Origin: Styela clava
Taxonomy: Eukaryota
Assembly (NCBI RefSeq): GCF_964204865.1
Contig: NC_135261.1
Span: 12,400,001-12,464,000, forward strand
Reading direction: 5' to 3'
DNA: 64,000 nucleotides
The notes under the pieces were generated by a model that was not told the origin of the DNA, ran no database searches, and saw only the letters and a program-made list of their open reading frames with translations. This document shows positions 25,901 to 39,600 of the stretch, one piece after another. A program made the position numbers and the translations under genes. How positions within the stretch are numbered: the stretch's first letter is position 1; the number at the start of each line of letters is the position of its first letter.

Positions 25901-27467
25901 TAAAATAAATTTAATTAGTAGTACTTGAATTTGGTTAGAGATTTCGATATATTTGCATTGCAATAGTAGTAATATATAATTTGATTATTTCCTTTTTTAA
26001 CGATTCTTTATTTTATCTAACGTGTACGCTAAATCAGGAATATGTTAAATTTATTTTACAGGTGCTGCGTTTTCAATCAGTCTTGTTGGTGGGATGAGTA
26101 CATCAATCGCAGTATTTTGTCATGAACTGCCACACGAACTTGGTGATTTTGCCATGTTGATTAAAGCAGGAATGTCAATAAAGCAAGCTTTATTTTATAA
26201 TGGATTTGCAGCTTGTCTCGGTTATTTTGGACTCATCGTTGGAATTTTGATTGGTACATATATGTTATGTCTTAATTACTTTTTGAAATTTATTTTCCTA
26301 CTATTGAGTAGAATAGTGCGTGATAAGAGGGTGAATTTGAATTTCCCAATTCAGCATGTAATTCTTTAGAATCACCATTCTGCCGGTTCGTTCTTTCCTA
26401 TTCAGTACAATATTATTTTACAGGGAATTACGCTGCTAATGTAACACCATGGATATTTGCGGTCACTGCTGGAATGTTTTTGTACGTTGCTCTTGTCGAC
26501 ATGGTGAGTAAACTGTTTTACAACTTGAAACCAAAAGACATTTGAACAAAAAGATCAAAAATTATATGAAATTGTCCCATAATCATAAAATATGCCACAT
26601 AAAATTATAGTAGCTGCCTTCTAGCAGATTCAATTATCTTTAGCTCGCGATGCCAACAAAAGTTTTGTGGCTCTCAAACTACCTAACTTCTGATGCACAA
26701 AAACAAAAATTTCTAATCTATTTATCATTATCTACGCACGAATGAATGTCATAACGATGACTGTTTCGCCCAGCGTCTGCTTTTTAGTAATTAGCGTGAT
26801 CGAAAACACTTCTCAGTTGTAAGTCGTTTACTTGCCGAACGTGCTTACCGTTAGTTTTACATAATACAGAAGTTGCAGTTGGTCAAATTAAGTGCATGTG
26901 CAGTTGGTCCAGCAGTGCATAAAGTTCGCTGGCCACAGGCCAAAACAATGCTAGATGTAGGGTGGCTCACCCTACTTTGCCGAGGGATTAAGAAATAGTC
27001 TTGCAATTGAGTTTTCCCGGATTTCTATCTTTCATAGCAGTTAGTCAACTTTAAAATTCTTCATAATAAACATCAAACAGAAATTTGTGTTAGTTTTTTG
27101 AACGTTTCAATTTGATATATGATGTAAGTCCCGAATTAGAATATGCTTGTTCCGCCATCATCTCATTCCAAATAAAACAGCTTGTATCTAACCTTTACAA
27201 GTTCCAATCTTATCTTGTACATTGGTATATATATTCCGCTCATGGCTAACTTGCCCTTACCTTAATTCAGTTTTGGTAAATGTTCGTGAATATAATGTTC
27301 TTGATATATTTTATTTTCACAAGCTACCTGAAATGAATTCCGGAAACTATGCTTCGAATACGAAAACTGAGGTCACCAATTTTCTACTCCAGAACGTTGG
27401 ATTATTACTCGGGATTGGATTAATGCTCATAATTTCTGTTTTTGAAGATGAATTTAAATTTGAATAG
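19991..27467 (+). CDS. SLC39A10: LIV-1 family zinc transporter, ZIP6/ZIP10-like (~530 aa, 12 coding exons)
   Basis: Exons 19991-20089, 20379-20568, 20761-20813, 21258-21344, 21798-21936, 23884-24086, 24550-24684, 25292-25484, 25792-25869, 26062-26253, 26424-26503, 27324-27467; all GT-AG with consistent phases (1593 nt). Signal peptide, CPALIY motif, GDALLHLIPH, His-rich TM3-4 loop, GDGMHNFSDG, CHELPHELGDF, AGMFLYVALVDM. Probably co-orthologous to vertebrate ZIP5/6/10, so the symbol is approximate. Confidence 0.95.
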
Positions 27468-28741
27468 TTTTGATATGAGAATATTCAAAGGATATGCTGT
27501 GAGTCGACCAGAGGATTGATCAGCATATGGACCAAATAGATGCAAGTCAACTATGCATAAAATTTTTCTTTTTGCCATTCCAAACAAAATACATATGTAC
27601 ATTTACGTTACATTTATGTCTAGGTGTCATAAAACCGTTTTTACAGAAAACTACAAGTGCGTCAATAACAACATTGCAATAATAGGATTTCGCTACAAAT
27701 ATTTCTATATTATCTTGATGATTATTTTTGTTGTCACATACCATCTTTTCATTACATATCTGCATTGCTCAAATGGCCGAGCAAACAAAGCGCATCGCAT
27801 AATATTTACTACTAACCAGAATAAAATAGAAGCAGTTGCTCACCCAAAGACATCATTTCAAAGCAAATATATTATATATATGTATATATATATAATGCTT
27901 GTATGTCTTGTTTTTATTATTTTTATAACGTTTAGTTATAGTAGGTTATCAAACTATAAATATATTTATATGGTTGAGATATGGTTTGTCTTTATTAATA
28001 TCACATATAAAATCTTCACAAACTGATAGCAAAATTGTTTAGGAAACATGATATCACCCTTTCAACTGCAAATTCGAGTTTAGGATAGCCATAGTCGGCA
28101 TATTGCTTAAAGATTCCGGTACTTGGCAACGAAGATTTACGTCAGGAAGACATGTTGTCATGCATGTAATTAAATGGAATGACCCGATTTTTGCTTCATT
28201 GTTTGATTTTCTAACTTTACTAAATACAATAAAATATAAACCACTTGATTCAATTTGGGATTTAAAGTTGATACGGGGTGGATTTGAATAACAGAAGCTC
28301 AAATATTGAATTTGCGAAGTTTCGATTCGTTAGTCGATCGATATGCTTTGTTATGTGAGATGTTTTCTCAATTTTTTCAACCTTATTCCATGAAAAATGT
28401 CTTGTCGAAGTTAAAAGTAATAAACCACAAATGACAATTTTTTTGCTCTACTGGGTATTGTTTTCACTAATGGCGGGTTATAATATACATGAGTACTTTG
28501 TGAAAGGATTTTAAACCGTCACTATTGCTTTGGTTGTGTTTGGTGTCGTGATCAGTCATGCAGTCTTCGACATACGCCTAAAAATGCCTTATTATTCAAT
28601 AAATAATGAGATAATTTTTAAAGCACCTTCCGTCATATTAAAATATTAAGGAAATTAAATTTGATTTTTTGTTGTAGCATACCATGCTATCCTACAACCC
28701 ATCATATGTTAGGTTTAAAAATCTATTGTGTCATAACTATA

Positions 28742-29240
28742 AGTTGAAGTTTATTTTGACTTCATGATCGGAATAACAGGCGATAAAATAATTAATTGAT
28801 AAAAACAGATGAATAAAAACAGAAATATTAGATGTCACAAATAAGCCATCTAAAACTAAACAACCATAATAACTGTCCTTGCGTAGTATAATTTATTTTG
28901 AATCTATTGTTGTTTTTCCATGATTTTGTATTTTTTGAGATAATTTTTCATCCGATTGCTTCGTCGCTAAATTAGCTGCTGTAATTCAGCATCAGACTGT
29001 TGCTGACTGTATGGCTCATTGAGAATTTGGCGACCTCACGTCAACTGCTATAAGTCATTGTTTCCATTTCTTTAGTTTCACTGTGTGTGTTTTTTTGCTT
29101 CATATTGATGCTTGTATGACAAAAATAAATCTGAATATAAAATCGGGGAAAGCAAACAAAACCTCAAATAAGTTTTATGGCGTCCAGAGTTTAAGTTGGA
29201 ACGTTTTGCCAAAAGAAATGGTACGTGTTGAAATATTAGA
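28742..29240 (-). mobile_element. Probable 3' end fragment of a second LINE family (B), interrupted by the family-A fragment
   Basis: 28742-28829 and 29138-~29225 align collinearly with 39601-39770; minus-strand end AATAAACTTCAACTT. Confidence 0.6.
28830..29137 (+). mobile_element. 5'-truncated 3'-UTR fragment related to the long LINE (family A)
   Basis: Aligns to ~39080-39560 with fewer internal repeats; ends ATGACAAAAATAAATCTGAAT. Confidence 0.8.
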
Positions 29241-30141
29241 AAAGAAATATTACAGAAATATTATAAAGGAAAAAAAAAACGAAAAACTTAAAATAAATCA
29301 AATAGTAAACCAAAAAAATAATAGAAAAATATTTGCCACACCATATTAATAATTGTATAACGGTTCGCAAACTAAATTTTGTAAACAAGAGTGAAGGGTA
29401 AAGAAAAATATTTATCAAAAGAGATATCGCAAAGCTGATTATAGTTGAAGTCAACTGCCAAACTGTCTAATCAAAGTCGGATGGATGACAAGGTGAGCTA
29501 GTTTAGACGACAGAAAAACAACAAAACTCATCGTGGACCGACAAAAGGCTTCGCGGATCAGCGGTTGGGAACCGCTGAGCTTGACCACATTATTCACCAA
29601 ATTAGATCCAAATTATACTCCAGATTACATCATGTGTTAATTGTTGCCCTTAACAGTATAAGTAATATATAAGTAAATTAAAGAATTATGGTTACAATAA
29701 TAGTCTTTTTTTATGAAGTGCTTTATACCCGGGTCGAACAGCCAATACACAATAAAATTCGATTTGCACATTGGAACACGATAATTAGAGAATTTGATTC
29801 CATTGATTCGGTGTAAAGTGATAGAGAAGATTTGTTTATTTTGATGAGTTGTATAAAACCTTCTCTTTCTAACAAGGCAAAAATGACAATATGAGTTGAG
29901 TTGTAGAGCATTGAAATTATGGTATTGGTTTGTCTACTATATATAAATGTTTGCATAACATAAAAAGCGTATAAGAAAAAGGTTGATAGCATGATAGGTT
30001 TTCAAATTATCTGTCTAATTTTTTAAAATCTGTTTTTAATAATAATAATTAGTTATCAACATTATTATGATGTGCTGACAATATTCAATGCAAATGGATA
30101 TATGACGAACACCGGATTATCAGCCTTGGATTTCATATAAA

Positions 30142-30424
30142 CCGTGTTCCCCCGAAAATAGAACCCAGTCTTATATTTGTCTTATGTCTTATATTTTCAT
30201 TTATCAAAAACAAAATTACAAAGTAGAGAATTACGGGATTTCCATATATAAAAAATATGAAAACCGATATCCATTTTACTTATGAATACACGTTTTTATT
30301 CAAAATAACTGCAAAACATAGATTATTAAACATTCAAAACGTGTAGAAGAAATTTCTTGCTATCGACTAGGTCAAAAAATGTTTCGCATTATTGACTAGG
30401 TCTTATTTTCGGGGAAACACGCGG
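30142..30424. mobile_element. Tc1/mariner-superfamily (pogo/Tc2-like) MITE
   Basis: CCGTGTTCCCCCGAAAATAGAACC ... GGTCTTATTTTCGGGGAAACACGCGG followed by TA. Confidence 0.75.
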
Positions 30425-32769
30425 TATATGTATATATATATATATATATATGAATAGTTGTCTGTATTACTATTTCATTCCTTTGCAATTGACTGTAACT
30501 CAATATATGCAATTGTTTTCCCAAAATAAATTATTTAAAATTAGTCTGAAATTTACAGTCTTATTGGCTTAAAAATATAATTGAATAATTCCATATTGGC
30601 TCTGGAATTCAATTTGGCACAAAAAGAGTATTGTGCCTCCCCTTCCCAATGCATCGGAAACGACAACTTAGAGAAAGTGAAAGAGAGATTTATTGTTTCG
30701 TCAACCAAAAACTATCATAAACTAATGCAAAAATATAATAATTATCAGATGTGGTTTATTTTGCAAAAAAGTATATTATACTGTCTACAAACCTTATAGG
30801 GAAATACCACCACTCCAAAAGAAAACAAAAGTCATGCATGTGTATTATAAAAAAATATCACATCTGCACATCAAGAAAAGAGTGTGAAACATGCAAATGC
30901 AAACTAGGATTAAAAAACTTATTGCCGTATGGTAAAAAACACAGTTCCTACAAGCACCAGAACGGACCCTAAATAACCGAAACGGAGTAACATTTCAGCA
31001 TAGACCTATCGGAACGAACCTGTAGCTATCTAAAAAAGGGTCGTTTACACACTTATATGCCATTTCAGTTAAATCAACGAACATGGGGGTGGAAACAGTG
31101 GTCAGAATCACGTTCTTGGGTTGCGGCGCCCAGTGGTTGTAATCTCCTTCAATGATCAGTTACATGCTATTGACTTACATTTAATGCTGTATTTCGATGT
31201 AAAAAAATTTCGGACATATAAACTTAAAATACAAATTACGAAACAAACTTGAACTTCGGAGCCCATAATCACTGTTGTTCCTGCGGTGCAGGTTTTTGTA
31301 TTATACAAGTTTAAAAGGAATAGAAAAGTACGACAAACAGACGCGCGTACTGAAAATAGATAAAAAAATATGTATAAACAAAAAAATGAATATTAAAAAC
31401 CAACAAACAGGAAGTGGAAACGACTAAATTTATATATATATACACTTTAAAAGATCAGAAAGAGAAAAATTAAATAAATGAATAAAATAAACAATTGGAA
31501 ACACGTGAAATTTAGCTTAGTTTGTGTTTTTGGATTTTCTTTACAGTTCGTTTTTTAGATCGAGGTCGTTTTTCTGACTCTTTATTTCAGTAACTTCATG
31601 ATTTGACCCGATTATTAACACTCCATTTGAGCATCTGCTGTTTGTATCGTAAAGCATGAAACTGTACTTCTCAATTTGGTGATGTCTCGTTTCGTAGGGA
31701 TTTGTTCAAAAAGAATTGTTCTAAAACAGTTGTTTTAAATCAATTTTTTTACCTGTTTATGTTCAAAATGGCTGTACTATTTGATTATTTTTTGTATTAA
31801 ATAGGTTGAAGGAAAATGGATGTAAAACTTGCCAAGCGCTTCTTATATACAATAAATACTTCGAAACGCCACAAATATAATTGATAAAGGCCCTTACACA
31901 CCTTCTCAGCTGTAGTTCAGTGCGACCCCAAACGCGGTTGGCATAGTAACACGTAACCGATAAGCATCACGTGAACGACCCTGCGACGAAACCACCTCGC
32001 GAAAGTTGATGTAATGTAGTATAACTTTGAGAAAGCGTATGCAGCTGCCAGAACGCAACGTTTCGGCGTAGTTTAGCGGCAATGCAGGGGGTATTTCAAT
32101 AAAAAATACAGAAAAAAATGATTTAAAACAAGCCCTTGTTTCCGTATACGATATGCGAAGCCTATTTCTTCTTTTACTGTTGTTTTTATCCCCACATGTC
32201 CAAATATCATTCCAGTAGTAGCCTACGTTTCCGTAGGTTTTCTTTCATCCATATTTAAGCATCGATATCTTTATTTGTTTCTGTAACAATCAGCAAATAG
32301 TAAACGATGACGTTTTACAATGGCAACTTTTTAAAGTCGGGCTCAGGAAGATATTGTAAGCACGGTTGTAAACATTACTTCGTTTTCGTGGTTTCGCGTG
32401 TTATTTGTCTGGTTTCAGTTGTGATTTAAAAAATAGTTATAGATAAAGTTATTTAGTTGTTATTTTGTCTTCCGATTAGCTTTAGTTTAATCGCAGTAAT
32501 CATAAATTAGCCCTGGAAAATCTGCGAAAGACTATGCTGAAATTAACTATCAGTACCTGTTGGTTGGAACATTTTGGTAAACTAAAATAAACTATTTTTC
32601 CAGCATCCCGAAGTTACCGAATCTATTGTATGGTTTTTCAGCACCTGAATCTCATAATTTTAGCGTTCGTAGTGATGGGATGCAATAAATTTAATTAGGT
32701 CTGGAAATAACGCATTTGAAATGAAAGCTGAAAATGGAGCACTGGTGAAACGAATTTGGTGCGGTAACA

Positions 32770-32947
32770 AGTGGTGGGGTTCAAATTTTATGTCAGCCGG
32801 TTCCATCGCACAAATGTCATTTTTTTCATCTGGTTCTGTTACAAAAAGTCATGCTATTTTCAGTAATGCTAACCGGTTCGCTGATCTCATAAAATTCCGT
32901 GAGACTCTTCTATAGAACAGGAGCGAACCGGCTGGATCTCACTACTG
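32770..32947. mobile_element. Short hAT-like MITE
   Basis: AGTGGTGGGGTTCAAA ... GGATCTCACTACTG with ACCGGTTC/GCCGGTTC sub-terminal motifs; a related copy begins at ~51485. Confidence 0.6.
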
Positions 32948-33502
32948 GTGGTAACTATTCTACATTTTGCTTTACAACACAATCTCGGAGACAATGAATA
33001 CATCTGGACCACAGACATCATTTTTGTAGAATATGGAATATTCGTTCTCATGTTGGTCAGCTTGGAAGATGAGACAAAAACGCTTGAGGATTGTGATGGG
33101 ATTGGTGCTGGTAGCTTCGGTTTTGCTATGGCACTCTACATTCCGGTGTAGTTTGCCTGCTCTTGTCAGTCAAAAAGGGAAAGCAATTTGTCGGTAAACA
33201 TGTCAGTGAAAAACGCAGCATTTGGAGAATCTAGCTAACATTCAGTCTCGAGCGGTGTGTCAATTGACATAGTTTTGACACGGATATAGGTATCTATTCT
33301 GGACCAGAACTTAATTTTAAAGCCCGAATTCACGCTTATGTATTTTTATTTTTTAAGCTTCAAGGCCGAATTCAACAATTTTCGTATATATACTTTTCTT
33401 TCTCAAGAATCAACGCCCAAACTCTTTGAATTTGTGTCTTATTATCAACGTATATATTAAAACTAAATGTTTTGTGTGTCAAACGGATCTGATGACACAT
33501 GG

Positions 33503-33709
33503 TGTTATGTCCTGACAAGGCAAGGAGACTACTGTTTGAAGTAACGAAGTATATTACACAATATATACAAAAGAAACAGCGAACGGTATAAGATCAAATA
33601 CCAAGCAGCCAGCAAGCTTAACAGAAAACACTAGAATGAGTAATAGCCCGGGAAATCCCCTGACGTCACAATATGCTATATACAAGACTATGCGCATGAA
33701 TATCTACCA
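33503..33709 (-). mobile_element. Solo LTR (207 bp)
   Basis: TG...CA termini with perfect 5-bp TSD CATGG (33498-33502, 33710-33714); contains TGACGTCA; orientation inferred. Confidence 0.7.
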
Positions 33710-33729
33710 CATGGTTTATATACAATAAC

Positions 33730-33885
33730 TGTGAATCTTAATAGTGGATTTAGGATGAGCTGACTTTGATGATCTTATGGTTGTATCGTTCCCTCCAGTC
33801 TGTACCGAATTAACTTGCATTTTGTGTATATATTTGATTGTACCATTGCTTGTTTTCTGGTTGACGAAATAATAAATCTCTCTCT
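33730..33885 (+). mobile_element. LINE-like 3' end fragment, family C, (CT)n tail
   Basis: Homologous to the reverse complement of 46218-46372; ends AATAATAAATCTCTCTCT. Confidence 0.65.
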
Positions 33886-34728
33886 ATATTAATCCCTCTG
33901 CAGTTGATCGACCCCTCAAACGGAATGATTTTACAATATAATGACAATGTCGTCGGTAACTTGACACTAGGCTCAAAATCCTACTGTGTCTGCTCGAAGT
34001 ACTGAAAAAGATCTCCAGGTTTCTGAATCTTGCGAGATTTGATAAAGCGCATTCGCGACGAATCGGAGTCGAAAAAGCGAAAAGTGATTACTCGGCGCCA
34101 AGATGTCGCGAAAGACGTTGCCAAGAAGCTGCAATATATGACGGCGGAAGAGAAATTGTGTAATAAATTACCGCGACCTCGTCTTTAGTAAAGCGATTGA
34201 GACGGCATAAAAACAACGAAATTTCACGCGGACTGAGGCCGGCGTAGGGAACCACTGTTTTAAATCACCGGAAAGTTATGGAAGAAATGATGAATGAAAT
34301 TTCTTGCATTTTACAGAAGAAGACGAGTGAATGTACAAAGGTCCGAGCATAGTAGGCCGCAGGCGGTCTTGCTACTTACTGAATAGCGTGCGAAACACCG
34401 CAAAGCGCGCAGAACAGAGAGAAACAGCGCAGAACAGAGGGAAACAGCGCAGAACAGAAGAAATTCTGCAACAACATTCATTATTTGCTGTCCAAGGTTT
34501 GCAGATATAGCTTTATGAACTTATATTAATAGAGTACCTACTATAGTCTATAATATCTTCTCTGCAATGAATAATTGAAACGTCTGAGTAAACCTACCAA
34601 CTTGAACTCAAAACATCAGTTACGACCTGTGGTTTAGGATCTGGAAAGATGTCAACTTCAAAATCTTGTGATGTTCCTCCAGACCCTCCAAAAGCCCCAC
34701 CGATCGACAAGCTGGTAGTACTTTTACA

Positions 34729-35619
34729 GTGCCAAAATTGTCGGAGAGTAAAATCTCTGATTTGGTTACAGTGCTTGAAAGCACAATATTAAAAACATTG
34801 CGTTTAGAAATACCAGCAATCATTGAACAACATCTGGAAAGACTTGCTCAAGATGTCTCTTTAACCACTCCCACCAGCATTGGCATCCAGCAGTCCTTGT
34901 CTTCACTGGATGAATCACTGAAGGAAGTGAAAACCCAGCTGTCCTCCTTCAGTATAATAAAAGATGAAGTGGGAGAGATTAAAAGAAGCCAGGACTTCAT
35001 TTCAAAAAAATTTGATGACCTTAGTGCAAACTATAAAGATCTGAACAACACAACAGCAAAAAATAACAAAAAAATTCGCGAACTCGAACTTATCGTCGAA
35101 GATCTTGAAGAAGAAATAGATATCTTGACCGAACGCCAGCAAGATCAAGAGCGCAGATCTAGACTAGATAATCTAGAGTTTCACAACATCCCATACTCCA
35201 CAGATGAAGACTGCGAAAACATAATCATGAAAGTAGCAGCTCGAATCAATGTACCACTTCAACCATTCGACATATCGAACTGCCACAGGATGTCGAAAAA
35301 CAACAAGAAGAAACCATCACCGATCATAGTAAAGTTTGTCAACCGAAAAACCAGACATAATATTTTAAAAAATCGTCGTCAGCTAAGAACAGCCAACTTT
35401 CGTACCGACTTTCCACAATTACCATCATCCACCAAAATTTTTGTTGTGGAAAATTTAACCGACACTAATAAAGACTTATTTTATAAAGCCAAAGATCTCA
35501 AAGTCATTTGTGGATATAAATTTTTATGGACGCACAATGGGAGGGTACTCATTAAAAAGAACTCAATGACCAAAACCATCCCTATTGTCACTGAAGATGA
35601 CCTTTCATTCATCAAGTAG
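34729..35619 (+). CDS. LINE ORF1 (coiled coil + Tnp_22/RRM-like + C-terminal domain)
   Basis: Coiled coil then RRSRLDNLEFHNIP, CHRM, PIIVKF, IFVVENLT, YKFLWTHNGRVLIKK. Likely true ATG at 34649 (MSTSKSCDVPPDPP) is out of frame by one indel. Confidence 0.85.
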   Translation: MPKLSESKISDLVTVLESTILKTLRLEIPAIIEQHLERLAQDVSLTTPTSIGIQQSLSSLDESLKEVKTQLSSFSIIKDEVGEIKRSQDFISKKFDDLSANYKDLNNTTAKNNKKIRELELIVEDLEEEIDILTERQQDQERRSRLDNLEFHNIPYSTDEDCENIIMKVAARINVPLQPFDISNCHRMSKNNKKKPSPIIVKFVNRKTRHNILKNRRQLRTANFRTDFPQLPSSTKIFVVENLTDTNKDLFYKAKDLKVICGYKFLWTHNGRVLIKKNSMTKTIPIVTEDDLSFIK

Positions 35620-35754
35620 GTTTTTTGATTTTATGTCTGGTCGTAATAATAATAATAATTCAGTTGTATGTCTATACAATTATTGATAGTTATATATGTT
35701 TGACTTTCCTCGATTCTGTATTTTCCTTACAATTTTTTTTTCTCACCCTTTTAA

Positions 35755-38728
35755 ATGGCTTGTGATAGTGTTAGTAATAGTGAATTCCAATTAGATCATC
35801 TTGATAATTCTGTCACATGCAACAATGTGGAAGTTGCAAATTTATATTCAATTCAAACCCTGTCAAACTCAAAGTATTTTTCATGTGAATATCAGATCCC
35901 TCATGAAAAATTTAGACGAATTGACCACGCTTCTATCCAATTTTTCTTCACCTCCACACATAATTGCAATAAGTGAAACAAAATTATCTGATAACCATGA
36001 TTTTAATATACCTATTGATGGGTACAGCTTCATACATGCGCCATCTGCCACTAAAGCAGGTGGTGTTGGTGCATTTATAAGAGATGATATCACCTACTCT
36101 GAAATTACAGAGCTTGACTTTAATAATTATTCTAACTGCGAAAATCTGTGGTTCGAAGTCAGTTTGGTGAACACTTGCAATAACCTAGTAATCGGCGTTA
36201 TATATAAACATCCTCGCAATGATATTTTAAATTTTACTGATGCATTTGAAACCTCTTTATCCAAAATGGCACATAAACACTTTTTGATTGTAGGGGATTT
36301 TAATATTAATTTATTTTCAACTTCTACTAATACCCAAGTTGCCAGTTATGTTAACATGCTTATGTCACATAATGCCACTTCCCTGATAACAAAGCCCACT
36401 AGAATAAGTCGTACTTCAGCAACGTTAATTGACCACATCTACACTAATATGAGCAATTCACAAATCAATTCTTTTGTCATTCTGTCTGATATCACAGACC
36501 ATTTTCCGATTATGTGTTGCCTGAATGGCATAAAACCAACATCTTCTAATAATTGTGTATTGTCAAGGGACATGTCCACATTCTCTCTGGACACTTTTCG
36601 TTCAGATATAATAGGCATTCTTAACAACCAATTCACCACACTTCAATTAAATTCACAAAACTTTGACAGTGTCTTTGACGAATTTGTACAATCATTTGTT
36701 TCTTTGATTGATCGACATGCCCCTTTACAACCACTTTCACGTCGTCAGAAAAGGATAAGACTAAAACCCTGGCTTACTAAAGGATTGATTACTTGTATTC
36801 GACGCAAAAATAAATTATTCAAATCTCATTTTTTGAGGGGTAACAGCTCTCAATGCTCGTACTTTAAAAATCATCGGAATGTTCTGACAAGAACTGTAGA
36901 TATAGCAAAGCAAATTTATTACCAAAACCTTATTGCCCAAAACAGAGGCAACCCGAGATCGACATGGCAAATAGTTAACCAAATTACGCACACGCATAAT
37001 AAATCAAGACAAAAAGTTAAGGAAATTTATCTGAAAAATGGCAGTATCACCAAAGATGACTTTTCGATATCAACTGGATTTAATGAGTACTTCTCAACCA
37101 TAGGGTCCAGCCTCTCAGAAAAGTTTTCTAATGATTCGGGTAACTTCAAACAACTTCTTCATAATCCTCTGAGCCAGTCTATATTTTTGAGTCCGACTAC
37201 TTCTAATGAATTGTTGGTAGAAATTCAAAATTTGAAGGATAGGAAGGCAGTTGGGCCAGATAATATTCCAGCTCGCTTTCTTAAATTAGTTGCTGACCTC
37301 ATCGCTCCATGTCTGACAGAGTTCTTCAATTGCTCACTCTCTCTCGGCATATTTCCTTCTTCTCTCAAAATTGCAAGAGTAATTCCTCTTCTTAAATCTG
37401 GAAATAAAAAACTCGTGTCAAATTATAGACCGATATCAATCCTTTCAACGATTGATAAAATTTTTGAACGCCTGATTCATAAGAGGCTTACTAGTTTTTT
37501 CAATAAATATGATGTCATAAATAAATCTCAATTCGGTTTTCAAAACAGTCATTCCACATCGCATGCTATTTTAGACACTACATCATTTATCTATGATAGA
37601 CTAGAAAAGAAAGAGTATGTTAGTGCAACTTTTTTAGACTTAAAAAAAGCTTTCGATACTGTAAATCATGACATCCTGATTTACAAGTTGAAACATTATG
37701 GTATTAGGGGTATAGCAAATAAACTCATTTCTAGTTACTTAAGCGGTCGATCACAGTATGTTCAAGTAGGTTCTTATTGTTCTCCTCCCTTACCAGTGAC
37801 TCATGGAGTTCCACAAGGTAGCTGTTTGGGTCCATTGTTATTTTTAGTATATGTTAATGACATATCTCATTGTTCTTCATTATTCTCGAAATTATTTGCA
37901 GATGATACCAATCTCCTTGACAGTGACAAATCCTGTGCAGCCCTTGAATTAAGGGTGAACACTGAAATTGCTAAAGTAGCAAACTGGATGCGATCAAACA
38001 AATTAACAATAAACATAAATAAATCTAAAACTATGTTAATATCACCTAAAAGTAAAGCACAAAATGGTTTAGTAGTCCAAATTGATGACACATAACTTGA
38101 AAATGTAAATTTTTATAAATATCTGGGTATTCATATTGATAACAAAATGAAGTGGGACATTCAAATATCCAAACTGGCTGTTAAACTATCCAAGTCAGTT
38201 GGGATACTATATAGACTTCGGCGATTTGCTTCACTCACAACATTACGTATGGTCTACCACTCCTTATTTCAGTCACACATTCAATATGGCATTGTTGCAT
38301 GGGGCTTGGCTGATAAAAATTTATTACGTAATATTGAAATTATGCAGAATCGAGCAATTCGCGCTATCTCCAATGTCGGTTATCGCACTCATCTGACTCC
38401 TATTTACCACAGTATTCGCATAATTAAAATGGTGGATATGCATAAATTCGAAGTGCTAAAAATAATGCACCAACATCACAACAAAAAACTCCCTCCTGCA
38501 TTCACTAATTATTTTATGAAGCAGAGTGATGTTCACTCATATGGAACAAGGTCCTCGACCAGTTGCTCATATTTTTTGAATCGTTTTTCTACCAAACTAA
38601 CCCAACGCTCAATCAAGTTCATTGGAGTAAAGTTATGGAATTTGCTTCCTGAAACAATTCGTACAAGTAACTATAATTCTTTTAAATGTAAATTGAAAAC
38701 TTTATACCTTGAAGCTTATAGGTGCTAG
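35755..38728 (+). pseudogene. LINE ORF2 (AP endonuclease + reverse transcriptase) with one frameshift and one in-frame stop
   Basis: HVNIRSL, ISET, GDFN, IDHIY, TDHFPI (APE); YRPIS, FLDLKKAFDTV, GVPQGSCLGPLLF, FADDT, YKYLG (RT). Frameshift near 35870 between the ATG-35755 frame and the main frame; TAA at 38093-38095 is in frame with the 38147-38728 ORF. Confidence 0.92.
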
Positions 38729-39600
38729 CAGTCTAACTTGTTCCGTTATAAGTAAGATTCCTGTACCCATCCATGTTCCTCTACTGAACAGCTGTATCCA
38801 TTATTTTTTTTTATGACAGCTGAATGCTGTACCTCTTTTGCTGGCTGTTTCATGTTTTACTATGTCATTTTTTGCCAACTTCTCATGTGCAATTTATATA
38901 GTGCATACCGGTACTTCACCTTACTGTGACGGAAACTTGTCGTCGTCTACTTTCCACATATAATAGCTATCAAATGGCAACCCAGTTGCTTGGGACGCTA
39001 CTTCAGTCCTTTTTAGTGCTGGGTCGTAGGACTCAGCATTATTTTATGTTTTGAATTCATCGATGCGCATCTTAAACACCAGATGTCGCTAATGAGCCTT
39101 CTTCTGAATGAATCGTACTGGCGGTTCTTGTAGTGTGGTTATTTACAATTAAATTTATTTCGAATCTATTGTCTTTCCATGATTTGTGCATTTTATTTCG
39201 GATCTATTGTTGTCTTTCCATGATTTTTGTATTTTTGAAGATAATTTTTCCTTTTTTGTTGTCGAATCCACTGTTGTCTTCCCATGATTTGTGTATTTTA
39301 TTTCGAATCTATTGTTATATTTCAATGATTTGTGTATTTCTGAAGATAAATTTTCGTTTTTTTGTTGTTCTATATGCTTCATTGCTATATTTGCTGCTTT
39401 AATACAGCACCAAGGTGTCGCTGACTAGATGACTCATTGAGTCTATTCGCGACCCCGCGTCAATTGCAATGAATCAATGTTTTTCGTTTTTTCAATTTAC
39501 TGTGTTTTCTTTTGCCTCATATTGATTCTTGCATGACGAAATAAAATATCTGAATCTGAATCTGAATCACTGTGGCAGATCTTGGTAATAAATATTTTTG

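Larger units (their letters stand above)
34350..39568 (+). mobile_element. Near full-length L2/CR1-group (Crack/Daphne-like) LINE retrotransposon
   Basis: 5' region with 20-bp tandem repeats, ORF1, APE-RT ORF2, ~840-bp 3' UTR with a ~37-bp minisatellite, AATAAA then (ATCTGA)n tail. 5' boundary approximate; TSD not found. Confidence 0.92.

Noticed and set aside
19991-27467. Non-canonical introns (also checked in FUT and SLC15)
   Set aside because: Every junction resolves as GT-AG with consistent phase; only unremarkable AAG acceptors (27323, 61667) were seen.
27553-28026. 157-aa ORF after the ZIP stop
   Set aside because: Low-complexity AT-rich translation including a (TA)n tract, within the probable 3' UTR.
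32950-33280. Possible decayed piggyBac-like peptide on the minus strand (SPNAAFFTDMFTDKLL)
   Set aside because: Too short and degenerate to support without a search.
38093-38095. Programmed stop read-through or genetic-code variant in LINE ORF2
   Set aside because: TAA terminates host genes in this window and the element has other disabling indels; simple mutation is more likely.
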